Below, one piece after another: positions 10,386 through 21,987 of a stretch of DNA of 63,769 nucleotides. Location: contig MU062841.1 of assembly GCA_013265495.1 (NCBI GenBank), forward strand, positions 16,512,568 through 16,576,336, in the 5' to 3' direction. Source of the stretch: Vicugna vicugna. Lineage: Eukaryota. Position numbers and translations under genes: made by a program. The notes under the pieces are model-generated. The model made no database searches. It saw only the letters and a list, made by a program, of their open reading frames with translations, and was not told the DNA's origin. Each line of letters begins with the position of its first letter. Within the stretch, counting starts at the first letter, position 1.

Positions 10386-12911
10386 CACACCCTATCTTCT
10401 TTTCAGCATAGGCTCCCCTTGGAAGCAGGGAGAGGGGCCGCTCCCTGCACAGATCAACACACAGTCTCCCCTCCATGTGCCCAGCTGGCTAAAGGTTAGC
10501 CGCACCCCTTCCCAGCGAGGGTGTGGCTGCTTCTTCAATATGATAATCATGGATTCAAAGACCAGCCCCCTCCTGTCTCTTCCCTCTCCTCCGTTCAGGC
10601 ACATGCACACACCCCCCACACCTTCTCCCCCTGACCCTGACACGCCCCAGGGAGTGAGAACCCAGACAGCGCACAGGCTGCTGTGGCCTGAGAGCCAGGA
10701 GACCCGCTGGGGCCCGGGGCCACTGCTACTTCTGCACATGCGGGCCAACAGTCTCAGAGGCTGTGGGCACGGGGGCTCCCAGGGAAAGCGTCCAGCCCAG
10801 AAACTCGTCCATCATGCCTGGCTGCCCCCTGAGGATGGAGACCACGTCCCCTGGGTCTCATATCAGCACCCGGTTCCACTGGGCCCAGCGAGGGCCCAGC
10901 GAGGGCCCAGCCTCTATAAGAGCTGAAGAGACGCAGTCTTCCGAGGACCTCTGGCTGTCAGAGCTGGGGTGGGGGGGGGTGTCACAGGATCAGCCTAACA
11001 GCCACCTGCGAGGAGGGAGGCGGGGACCTTTAACTGGGGCGGGTTGAGGGGGTTGCAAGGGACCCTCCACCCCTCTGGAAGGGGAGGGAGAAGGTGCTGG
11101 AACGCATATGGCCCCACGTGGCAGGGCCTGTCTTACTGTGATGTTCTCAGTCATGTTAGTCTCTGTAGATTTTATATTTTAAAACAAAATCTGCTTTAGC
11201 CCATTCATGGACAAAAGGAAATCCCTTCATGGAAGCCAAGGTTGGGAGGGGCGGGGTTAGGTCACACAGGCCGCTGGGCCCAGACCTCTCTGACCTCAGA
11301 AGCCCAGCCTCTCAGCTCACCCCTCCCTCCACCCCTCTGTCCTGACAACGGGACCACCTCTGAGTCCCACACACTCCGAGCCGGCACGCTCAGTGGTGTG
11401 ATGCCCGCGCTGGGAGACGCCGGGCAAACGGTGCGGAATCATAGCTCCAAGGGCGGGGCCCCCCACCCCTGAGTCAGCAACAAGGCGGACTGGAGCAAAT
11501 ATGAGAGGGGGCTTCAGGGAGACTGTCCTGAGCAGCAGAGCCTCGCGGCTGGGGGCCAGGGAAGCCCAGGGCCTGGGCTCGAGTGAGAGCCTGGCTCCCG
11601 CATCAGGGCCCACGCGCCTCCCCTCAGAGCAGCCTTCAGCCACCCTTCCCCCCGCCCTCCCCTCCTGCCTTACGCTCATCTCCATCCCTGGCTCTTTACC
11701 TCTAGCATCATCTGTCGTCTGCAAAGCCAGGGAGCATCCAGGTCCTCTCTCGAGGGGAGGTCCTGGTTCCGCCTTCTCCCCCTCCCTGGGCCCTGGGCCC
11801 TCCCCTCCTTGGACATCCCTGAGATCTTCAGAATCCACACTCGCTTTGCCGATTTGGGGCCTTCTGCTCCAATCTGATTTCTGTCCTGACTGTGCTGTCG
11901 GAGTCTAGCTGCAGCCCTGTCCCTGAGCTTTCTGGCCCTCTGCCCCTCCTCCACCTCAGCTGTGGCCATTGGCTGAGCCTTCCCTGTGTCCCCAGGGAGC
12001 CAACCCTCACCTCAGAGGAGAGAACAGAGGCCTGAGCGCTTGCAGAAGTTCGTGCTGAACCAGCCCTCCACCCTGGGCCCAACTTCTCCAGCTCCAAGGG
12101 CGACTCTGGGCGAGAGGCAGGCTGGTGGCGCCTCATTGTGTGTCCTGACCCCCCTCCCTGAGTCCCCCCCATTTCCGCGGCTGCATGTGAAGAATGGGGG
12201 GCGTCGAGGCACTGGGAGCCAGCTCGGAAGGCCCGGGGGGAGGGGAAACGCACACAAGCCCAGGGAAGCCCGAAGGCCCACTTGAGACAAGTTGTCTGCT
12301 GTAAGAGCGCCCTCAGTGAGCTTCAAGTGGGGAGCATCCTTGGCACGTCAGGCCCCGGGGGCACAGGGAGCAAGCCTGGGGGGAAGAAGCAGCGTTTCTG
12401 GGACTGCTCCCAGGAGCGCGGGCGTCTGGCTTGGGCAGAGCTCAGGCAGATGTCAGGAACCACCCACCGCCTGTGCTTTACCTGGGGACGTCCGTTTCTC
12501 CGTCAACTATGTGACAGTCTGAGGCCCCTCATAAACCAGGCTCCCAGCCCTCGGTGAGATCCAGAGGTCAGCTCCCACGGCACCGGGAGCCCTTTAGGAT
12601 CCAGCCGCCTCCGTCCTTCTCCCGGCCACACGGCGTGCACAGGACGCTGAGCCACCGCCTGCAGCGAGGAGCGCAGCCCCCGAAGATCACTGGGCTGGGG
12701 GCGCGCCCAGAGCTCTGTCCCAGGCCCACCCTCTGCCCGCCACACCTCACGGAGTGACCCAGTTTCCCCACCAGTAGGACACAAGGATCACACCAGGAGA
12801 CCGCTAAAGACCCCTCCAGCTCAGAGAGGGCAGAATCCGAGCCTGAAGGCGCACAGCCCTGAAAACGATGGCTCACTGCCCTCAGCCTCACCCCCGCCTC
12901 CAGGTCCTGTC

Positions 12912-13565
12912 TTTATTTTAAATCGTATTTTGTTCATCCTTGAATTTTGCTTTAATTTTGATGTTTTCAATCGACTTAAGTTTTCAGAGCAGTTTTAGAC
13001 TGACAAAGTGAGCGGCAGGTCTAAGGCCCGTGCCCCGGCCGCCCCACCCCTGCACCGTCTCCGCAGTGGATCCCCGCGGGGCGGCACGGGGGCTACAACC
13101 CACGGACCGCTGCTGGAACTCGCGCGTGAAGCTGAAGTCCCTGGTTCACGTGGTGGGTCACTCTCGAAACTTGACACTCTGTGGGTTTTGACAAATGGAT
13201 AATGACCCGTATCCACCACTGTATTTTCACGTAAAGCAGTTTCACGGCCCTGAAACTCCTCGGTGCCCCCCCCCCGTTCATCCCTGCATTCTCCCCCGAC
13301 CCCTGGCAACCTCCGCGCTTTCTGCTGTCTCCATGCTTTGCCTCTCCTAGAATGTCACTTAGTCAGAATCATACGATAATGTAGCCTCTCCGATTTACTT
13401 TTTCACCTGGTAATAGGCACTCAAGGTTCCTCCCTGTCTCTTCCTGGCTTGGGAGCCATTTCCTTTTAGCCCTGAATACTGTCCCACTACCTGGGTTTCC
13501 TCTACCCTTTCCCCTACTAACGGACATTTTGGTTGCTTCAATTCCTGTCTTTATTGGAAATTTCA
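12912..13565 (-). mobile_element. L1MC-type 3' end
   Basis: T-rich tail, AGAGCAGTTTTAG, TGGGTTTTGACAAATGGATAATGAC..TATCCACCA, CCCCTGGCAACC, GAATGTCA..GAATCATAC: collinear with the L1MC1/2 3'UTR. Confidence 0.8.
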
Positions 13566-14119
13566 ATATTCTGTCCATTGCAGACTGGAGAGACGATGGC
13601 TTGACTCGGGTAGAGAAAGGGAAGGCTTGAGGATGACTTTTGATCTGGGTGCCTTGCGCTGCCGCACGCTGCACACCCAGCCCTGGGGACCCTGGACACC
13701 TGACGAGCCGGGTGACCCGCAGCCCGCTGTTTCCTTAACTATCTGGCTTGACCTTTCTAAGTCTCAGATCCCTCGTGGGTAAGGTGGAGATAAAGCACAC
13801 CTCCCTTGAAGGTATTCTGGAGACACCCAACCTGGAGCAGATACTCAGGGGACCCTTTAAGGTCCACTTGGTCAGTCTCTGTTTTCTCCAGAAGCTTCCC
13901 TTCCCCAGCCACCTGGAATGAGCAGCTGCTTTTGAACCTTCCGGTGCGCCCACAGTCAGGACCAGCCACCTCCAGCGTGGGGCTTTTGACCATCTTCTGT
14001 GATGTTGGTGTTTGGTCTCTCCAGCTCAGTTTTAGACTTTTGCGAACCAGGAACCATGTTATGTCTTGAACTCCGCTGGGGGCCCGGGTACAGTGGCACC
14101 AGCCTCAGCGGAAGCACGT

Positions 14120-14320
14120 CCTGAGCACACGTCACGCGCCAGGAGCTCTCAGACGCGCGTGAAGGGGTAAGCGTGTCATCTGGTTTAATCCTGAAGCCAG
14201 CCTACACGTTACAGACGAGGAGGCTGAGGCGTGCGGTGGTTACGGAGCCTGCCCAGTATCTTGCCTGCAGTGGATCCAAGATTCAAACCCAGACCCCGTC
14301 TGAGTCCATAGCTGGCCCTG
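14120..14320 (-). mobile_element. MIR
   Basis: TTTAATCCT..TTACAGACGAGGAGGCTGAGG..CAAGATTCAAACCCAG. Confidence 0.7.
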
Positions 14321-15049
14321 TCAGCCGCTGCACCGGTTGCCTCTTATCCACATCAGCACTCAGGAAATATTTACGTATCGATTAATCGGTAGCCTCTGAG
14401 CATTAATGCTTCCAGGACTGTCTCTTTGTATGTCAGCTGTTTTCCCCAAATGCCAGCTCTACTGAAAAATATATTGATCATTCCCTGTAACAATTTGTCA
14501 TCTGGTGATGGTGACTTACAAACTGCCAATTGCCCAGAAGGAGGATGAAAACTGGGGCTGTTCAAAGATCTTTTTTTTTTTTTAAGGAGTGGGAGTTCTT
14601 AAATGCCCCCCTGTGGCACGGGTGTCTTCCCCTGCTGCTGGGCATGCCTGGGAAGGGGCCGTCCTGCCTCATTACGGGGGATGGTGTGGGGCCTTGGGAC
14701 CCTGAGTCTGGCTGCTGGGCTCTTTCCCTCCCCTCTCCCAGCCCCAGAGCCAGCTGGCTGACAGGCAGTGACAGTAGCTCCGGGTGGATGCCTGTCAAGT
14801 GGTCCTCATGTTGTGACAGTAGGCAATTATGATTTATTTCATGAGGAATCAACAATAAACTTAGGCAAACGGGGAAAATAATCAGAGAACTTAGGACAAC
14901 AAAAGCACTTGAAGGAATTTGGTTGATGGGGTTTTAACTAGGAGATAGAAAAGGGGATATTTTGTAGGAAGAAATATACCCATAAATGTAGAATCCCTGG
15001 ATCTAGACTATCCACTTCGTTCCATCTCCTGCTATTCTAAATTCCTGTT

Positions 15050-15340
15050 TTTCTAAAGCCCTCCTGAAACCTCACCTCCTCCAGGAAGCACTCCAGATTT
15101 CTCAGCCAGGTAGGAAAACTAGGTCCTCTGAGTCCCCCTCTCCCCTGCCCATATACCTCTCTGTGAAGGTACATACTGTTCCCACCTTACCCCAAAGTCC
15201 CCGGTGAGCTCATCCACATGGCCTGCTGGGTTGTAACATCTTTCAGGGACGAGGCAATGGACTGCCTATGTGTGATGGGTACAGACATGCCTAGGTGGTA
15301 GTTTGCACATGGTACTTAGTATTCAATAAATACAACATGT
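15050..15340 (+). mobile_element. L2 3' end
   Basis: CACCTCCTCCAGGAAGC ... GCACATGGTACTTAGTATTCAATAAATAC. Confidence 0.7.
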
Positions 15341-16502
15341 GTGTGCATCCCCAGGTGGCCATACGTGGTGAGGGTTGGTGTCCGGTGTCCCCAGAGTAAA
15401 GCAGCCCCAGGTAACGTCACCTCAGAGGAGGCCTGTGTTTGTCAGCTTGATCCCAGTGAGAGGGAGGAACAAAGGCCCCTGGAGGCCTCGCTCTGCTCAG
15501 CTCTGCACTGTTGGCGCAGAGACCTCCTCAGCAGGGCCCCGTGTCCACGCCCCAAGCTCCCTGTCTCTCCTCCCTGACATCGGCCGCAAACAGTATCAGA
15601 TTTTGTATGAAAAAAGCTTCTCTTGTTCGACCTCGATGTTTGACCCGGCTATGAACAGAGTATAATTTTGCTTAAGACATTGAAACTGGGGAACCAGAGC
15701 ATCCCATCGTCTCAGCACCCAGCAGCACGAAGGCAGGTTACGGGGAAAGGGCTGCCGAGGGCGTCAGGTTGAGTCACGGGCCTGGCTTCAAAGTCCAGCT
15801 TTGCTCTCTCTGAGGCACACGAGAGCAGGCGAGTTTCCTTGTTTCTTCGTCTACAAAGCGGGGACGGTGAGGGATTGAAGAGCCGGCGGCCGGAAAGCTC
15901 TGAGCGGTGACTTCCTCACTGTGAGTGCTCCGTGAAGGGAGAGGCTCAGGCTCTTCGGGGGCAGGCGGCCGAGCTTCCCATCCAACGGCTCCTCCGTGTC
16001 TCACTTTGGGCCACCGCCCCCCTTCTCTGATCCTCAGTTTCTGTACCAACCAAACAACTGGGCAGGATGGTCCCTGTCCTTTCCACTTCTAAATGGCCAC
16101 AAGTCAGGCCCCGGGACACACGGCCTGGCGAGCAAGAGCGCCATCGGAGGCAGGGAGCGAAGTCTTGGCCCCGCCACTCCCGGCGGCACAGCCTTGATTA
16201 TGTAACTGTGCTCAGCTTTATGTCCCTCATCGGCAAAGGGAAATTATACCTACATAAACTTCATACAAACCAGGACCCGCGTGGCCCGGCCATGCCTAGC
16301 AGTCAGAAATAACCCACGAGCAATTCCGCTTGCACTGGAAACGCTCCCGTAATTCGTAAAACTTTTGCAGCCCCTCCCCGCCTCCGCTCCTCGGTCCTGC
16401 CGTCCCCCCAGCTGCCCTGCAGCCCGCCCCCCAGCACAAGCGGGGAGCACTCCCCCAGCCTCGCCCCCGCCCCGTCTTCCTTCCAATAAGAATCCGCCCT
16501 TC

Positions 16503-16623
16503 GGGGAGGGTGGGGGCTGTAGCTCAGCGGTAGGGCGCGCGGTTGGCGTGCGCGAGGTTCTGGGTTCGACCCCCAGTGCCCCCGTTACGGCAGAAAACAA
16601 TAAAACAAAACAGCTTTTAGATA
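16503..16623 (+). mobile_element. tRNA-Ala-derived SINE, Vic-1-like (camelid)
   Basis: GGGGAGGGT head, tRNA-Ala-like body 16512-16584 with A box 16520-16530 and B box 16563-16573, and an A-rich tail. Diverged 15-bp target-site duplication: AAGAATCCGCCCTTC (16488-16502) vs AAGCATCCATCCTTC (16624-16638). Confidence 0.8.
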
Positions 16624-18379
16624 AAGCATCCATCCTTCTCAGGAGAGAGTTGGAGGAAGAAAACAGCGCAGACAGAGCTGTCCTCAGCAGGAGCTTGTGG
16701 GGCCGGTGGGGGCTGTGAGGATTCCCAAGGAAACAGGAAAGTGTGTCCGTCGCTCTGAAGGCGCAGCGGGCGGGCTGAGACGACGCAGTCAGTTCCGCGC
16801 CCAACGCGCAGGAAGCGCCGGGGACGTGGGAGCCGTGGTCGCTGTGACCCTGCGTACTCGTGCAGGCTACCCACGGCTGCCGCCGCACAGCCACGCTTCC
16901 CGCCGCCCTCCTCCATGTGACCGTGTGCCTCCCCCATCCCCGAGTTCCACTCAGACCACACGGCATAGCCCAGTCTGTGCCTGCAACACCCCCATCGATG
17001 CGTCCTCAACGCCACGCTGGCTCCTCCGCGCCCTCCTCCTACCTCCTAGGAAGGGAGGTGTTCCTGGTCCAGGCACATAGCCCTTGCCCTCCCACTAACC
17101 CCCAGCTGCCTCTCCCACCGCACAAAAGTCCTTCCCACCACGGCCACCCCGTGCCGTGCCGTCTCAGAGTGCAGCCTCTGGTAGGAAGAGGGCCAAGTCT
17201 GTTTCACGAGCTGCATGGAGCATCTGGTCCCAGACAGGGAACACGGGAGAGGGAAGAACCCAGGTGTCCGGGCCTGGGTGAGGCTCAGAGAGGGTGCAGG
17301 AGACGCGAAGGCGCTGAGGGCACCGCAAGGAAGGCAAACCTCCAGGAGCCCCCGAGGCTGCAGCCGGCACCAAAGCCGCAGGATCCACTGAGCATGGAGG
17401 GAGCCCCGCCGGAGCTCATGCAAGGCTGAGGCGTTCCGTCTAACCCTGCGCCCCCATTGTGTCCCTTTCCCCACCCCAGCCCAGGGCTGGGGCCCTCCTG
17501 GTGGCTCCCTTTTGCCTCCTACTGAGCCTCCACCTTAAACCTCCATTTCCCCGTGTGTGGCATCAATAACCAGAACAGAGAACAGTGCGGCATCCTCCGT
17601 CTCCACCCCCAGGGGCGTGGCGGTTCTCGCCGGGAGGAAGGCCCCCAAAGTCATGGCGTGCCAGTGGGAGACTGCCGGGCAGTGCCCTGCCGGCCAGCGG
17701 GCGGAGGGAGACCTCCTCGCGCCCGGAGGAAAGCCCGCGCCCCGCGCCCCGCCCCGGCGAGCGGCGGGACAGCATGTTCAGCAGGAGGAGACACACTGCA
17801 CCCTTTCTAGCAGGAAAAGAACCTCAGGATGCCCCCTTCCAGCTGGCCCCGTGGTCGCTGTGAGGTTCGCACGGGGAACTAGTGGCAGGTGTGAGAATGA
17901 CGTGGAGGCTTGGGGGACCAGTGGGATGAGGACAGAGGACCCCAAATGAGGCCACAGGAGCGGACCCACAGTGAACGAGCAGAGAGCCCCCCAACTCTGA
18001 GCTGCTCGGCGCCCGTGGGGAAGCACCATATTGAGGAAAAACAGGGAGCCGGACCAAAAAGAAGGCCTGCAATTCCCACTGTAGGAGGGCTGGTGGAAGG
18101 AGTCCAGGGAACTTTTCCAGAAGACAGGACTGGTGGTCCCTGCTGAGGGAGGCAGCTCGGGGAGGGAGGGTCGGGTTTCTTCAAGGAGCTGAGGAGAGAG
18201 TGAGGTTCAAATGTTTGCAGAGCCCGGATGCACCGATGGCTGGAAATCACAGGTTCATGTGCTCTCGCGAGGTCACCGAGTTTCACAGGAAGAACCTCTC
18301 TGACAGCCATGCCGGACCAAAGAACAGCAGGTTTTGCTGGACATCCACTAGGAGAGTGCAGACTGGCAGACGCGAGGGC

Positions 18380-18520
18380 TCTGTGGATGGGGTAGCTGGG
18401 TGGATGGATGGATGGATGATGGATGGATATGGATGGAAGGACAAGCAGATGTCTGCATGTACGTACGGACAGTTGAACAAGTGTGTGGTAGGATGGATAA
18501 ACCTGTGTGAATGGACGGGG
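18380..18520 (+). repeat. (TGGA)n degenerate simple repeat
   Basis: GGATGGATGGATGGATGATGGATGGATATGGATGG. Confidence 0.85.
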
Positions 18521-18811
18521 GAGGGAAGGACACACAAATGGTTATATACACATGGACGTACACATGCTGGATAGGTGCCTTCTGAGAATCCACAGTGACG
18601 TGACAGTTTGGACAAGGATTACCTAGTCTTCGGGATTTCACAGACCCACAACATACAGGGGAGTGACATGAAGTTGCCAACTTCTAATTTGTCAAGTTAA
18701 GAACATAAGAACAAGTTAAGTATAATAACCACCATCTATTGGAACAGATCAAACAGGTCGGGATGGAATAAAGGAAAGCCCTTCCCAAGTCAGGATCGCT
18801 GATAATCTCCC

Positions 18812-18842
18812 CCCTCCCTCTCTCTCTCTCGTGTGTGTGTGT
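18812..18842 (+). repeat. Compound (CT)n(GT)n microsatellite
   Basis: CCCTCTCTCTCTCTCGTGTGTGTGTGT. Confidence 0.85.
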
Positions 18843-19001
18843 AACACTCATTTCACATTAATATTTTTAGATATTATATTGTTCACATTTTTCTGGTTTA
18901 ATGGGCGCAGGTTTGAGAATTACTGATTCAAGCATATATTATTTTCAGCTGCATTTCCTGAGCCCAGACTCCAATGACCCGAAAAAGGGATAAACTGATA
19001 C

Positions 19002-19351
19002 CAGGGGGGTCAAAAATTCACTGCCTTTGAGACCAGACAGGAGCCATAAATGAAGTGGGTGGAGTGGGGACCATGGGGACAGGACAGTGCACACCTGGCG
19101 AGGCCACACTCGCCTAGAGGCAGCGGGCAGCCTCAGCTCCAGCCGCAAGGCACACATGGCACGTCCGGCTCGTTTTCTATCTACTGAGAGAAGCCGGACA
19201 TGCGAGTGTTATGAGCAATCTCTTGATGTAAAAGTATTTGCAACTAATTTTTAAAGCTGGACCTGCTTTTGGGCCATTATCCTTGAGCCAGTCAAAACAC
19301 ACACACCTGTGGATCCAGTTTGGCCCGTGGGCCCTGGGTTTGCAGCTCCTG
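19002..19351 (-). mobile_element. MER102-like hAT element
   Basis: CAGGGGGGTCAAA at one end and GGCCCGTGGGCC..GTTTGCAGCTCCTG at the other, with internal AGAAGCCGG and TTGCAACTAATT. Confidence 0.7.
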
Positions 19352-19419
19352 GTTTAGATACTGGAGTCGGGGTGGGAGGTGATGGAAAAGATGCCAAAAA
19401 GGACAACCAAAGAGCTTCT

Positions 19420-20040
19420 CTGATTAACGCTGGGGTCGGGGAGGGGCACCGGGAGCACCACCGGCTTCCTCCCGGTGAGCGATTTCTCTGCAGTCTATTT
19501 CCGAAAGAGCTGTAATTCAGGCTCTGAACAACCTATGATTTGCATCCCGGCCGGTGTAAAAGATATTGTGCTGAGCCTTCCAAGTGTGCTCTTGTGTTTG
19601 TATAAATCTCCCTACTCAAAATATCTCCCACAGTTGACTGACAGCCCGTGTAATTTAGCAGAAGGCTAAAAATTAAAATCTTCGAGCATGCTGAGGGAGC
19701 GCGGAGCACAGCCACGCTGCGGCGCCGCCCCCGCCCGGCCCGGGCCGGCGGGTGCCAGGGCTGTTCATTTTGGAGGCGGAACAAAATATTTGTATTTGGA
19801 TTTATTAAGTCATTATTCCACCATTTGTTCCAATGCGCTTTATTAGGACCAGACCTCATCTCTGCTTTGTGAGCACTACCTGGTTTCCGTGAGCCGGCCC
19901 AGCCCCAACGGCGGCGCCCTGGCGCGCCTTTTTATTTCGAGGGAGGTTCGCTCCCCCTCCTGCTTTTGTCGCCTGCCTTTATGGCCCATATGTCTGCCTT
20001 GAGATAGCAAGAATCTTCAACCTATAAATAGACGGCTCAG
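19420..20040. promoter_or_regulatory. Candidate conserved enhancer block
   Basis: Unique AT-rich sequence with TAAT/TTAT motifs around a 70-bp CpG core, and a MEF2 consensus CTATAAATAG at 20022-20031. Confidence 0.45.
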
Positions 20041-20044
20041 AACA

Positions 20045-20208
20045 NNNNNNNNNNNNNNNNNNNNNNNNNNNNNNNNNNNNNNNNNNNNNNNNNNNNNNNN
20101 NNNNNNNNNNNNNNNNNNNNNNNNNNNNNNNNNNNNNNNNNNNNNNNNNNNNNNNNNNNNNNNNNNNNNNNNNNNNNNNNNNNNNNNNNNNNNNNNNNNN
20201 NNNNNNNN
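20045..20208. other. Assembly gap (164 N)
   Basis: Run of N. Confidence 0.95.
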
Positions 20209-20349
20209 GGGTCACCAGGGCTTGGCCATGCCCCACAGCCTGGCCCGGGCTGCCCCGGGCAGCATGGTGACACACACCTGCTGGTAACGACAGTGCCACC
20301 CGCCCTGGGATGAGGACACCCGGGGAATATGAGAAGCGCAACTCAGGCT

Positions 20350-20765
20350 GATTATGAGCCAGGCACTGGGCACACGCGCTCTTTTAATTTTCATTCCATT
20401 AAACTTACAGGGGAAATACCATAAATACTCCCATTTTACCCATGACACCAAGGTTCAGAGAGGTTAAGTGAGTTTCCAAAGGTCACACAGTAAGTAGCTG
20501 AGACGCAAATGCGAGTCCCAGATCCCACACGCCGCTCTCAGTGAAGCAGCTTTCGTCCACAACACAGCACAGTTGAAGGTTTCAGTGGATTCCATTTTTT
20601 GTTCCTCCAAAATGCTTTCATTTCAGTCATTTTAGCTAATCCCCAGGACCAGCCAAAGAGGTCTTTACAGATTAAAAAAGTGGGACTCTGAGAGGCTAAG
20701 GGCCCCATCCAGGGTCACACAGCTTGTGAAGGCAGAGCCGGGACTCGAGTCCAGGCTGCCCCCAA
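20350..20765 (-). mobile_element. Two tandem MIR fragments
   Basis: CAGAGAGGTTAAGTG..AAGGTCACACAG at about 20455-20490 and again at about 20690-20725. Confidence 0.7.
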
Positions 20766-21837
20766 CACCTGCGTGTGCGCCCCAGAGCCTCCACAGCCCA
20801 GGCGCCGTCTGGGGTCTTCCCTTCCTCTCTCAGGGCCTTTGTTTTCTTTGCCAGCCTCTCAGAAGAATTCTGCAGTTGGACTGGTGCCAGTGGGCAGAGC
20901 CCTGCTGGCCGGTGGGGAAGGAAGATGGGCCAGCCTTCTGTCAGCCTTCCCAGAACCCCTGGGGACCACTCTCTCCCAAGCCTGGTGGCGGCTCAAGGAA
21001 ATCACTTCTGAGGACCCCCACGGAGCTGCTTTCGTCTTGCGTCACAAGCTTCCTCTGGGCAATGTTATTCACGCTCAGGGTCTCCAGAGTGTGGCGAGGA
21101 GGCTGATGACACCCTGATGGATGGGCTGCTCCCCGCAGACCGAGAGCCAGCTCTGACTGTGCCCGGTAATTGCGCAGCCGTGCAAAAGTTCAGATGTCTC
21201 TTCACTGCTTTAAATTGGGCGCTAATCAGATGATGGCCTTGTTACCAGGACGCCCTCTCTCCCCCTCCTCTCTCTTTCTCTCAGAAGGAACCATCGAATC
21301 CAACTCATTTGATTTTTCCAGATGAGGAAGCTGACGCTCAGAAAGGAGAAGAGACTTGCCCAAGGTTATAAGCACATCCTGAGTCCTTCTTCTGTGATGG
21401 TTTTCTAGCTGTGCGTGGGCACACACATGTGCACACGCACACATCTTCCCACACTCCCATCTCTCCATTTATTAACAGGGTCTCCAGGCTCCTTAGCCTG
21501 TTCCTAAGTACTACCTGCCAGCGTTCTAGGCAAGAAATTGGGGACCAAGGTCTCCTCCCCAACCCTGTCCCCATGTGTCCTCAAGCCCCAAGGAGTCAGA
21601 AAGCTCCACTCTCAGGTGGCTCCGTCATGGCCCCTGACTCACAGGAGACCCACCGTGAGCCCCTGCCATCTCCTGGCCCAGCCGGAGAAGATGAGGACTC
21701 TGTACCCCTTCACTCCCCCCACACGAGGGCTTTGAGCACCAAAGACGGTCCCAGAAACGACTCAGAAATGACCTGGCTGAGCGGGCTGCCCTCTGAGCAG
21801 GCCACTGCCCAGGGCACGACGAGGAAGTGAGCCAGGC

Positions 21838-21987
21838 CACTGCCCCTCAAAGTGAGGCCCACAGACCAGCAGCAGCACCTGGGAACCAGTCTGAAGTGCA
21901 GACCCCTGGGCCCCACCCAGCCCCCCTGAATCAGAAGCTCTGTTCCAACAGGCCCTTTGTGTTCCAGTGTAAATCTGAGAACGGTGG
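21838..21987 (+). mobile_element. MER5A-like hAT MITE
   Basis: CTCAAAGTGAGGCCCACAGACCAGCAGCAGCACCTGGGAA..GGGCCCCACCC..CTGAATCAGAAGCTCTG. Confidence 0.7.

Noticed and set aside
16512-16584. Bona fide tRNA-Ala(GGC) gene
   Set aside because: It has a SINE head, an A-rich tail, a TSD, mismatches in the acceptor and anticodon stems, and an anticodon not used in eukaryotes.
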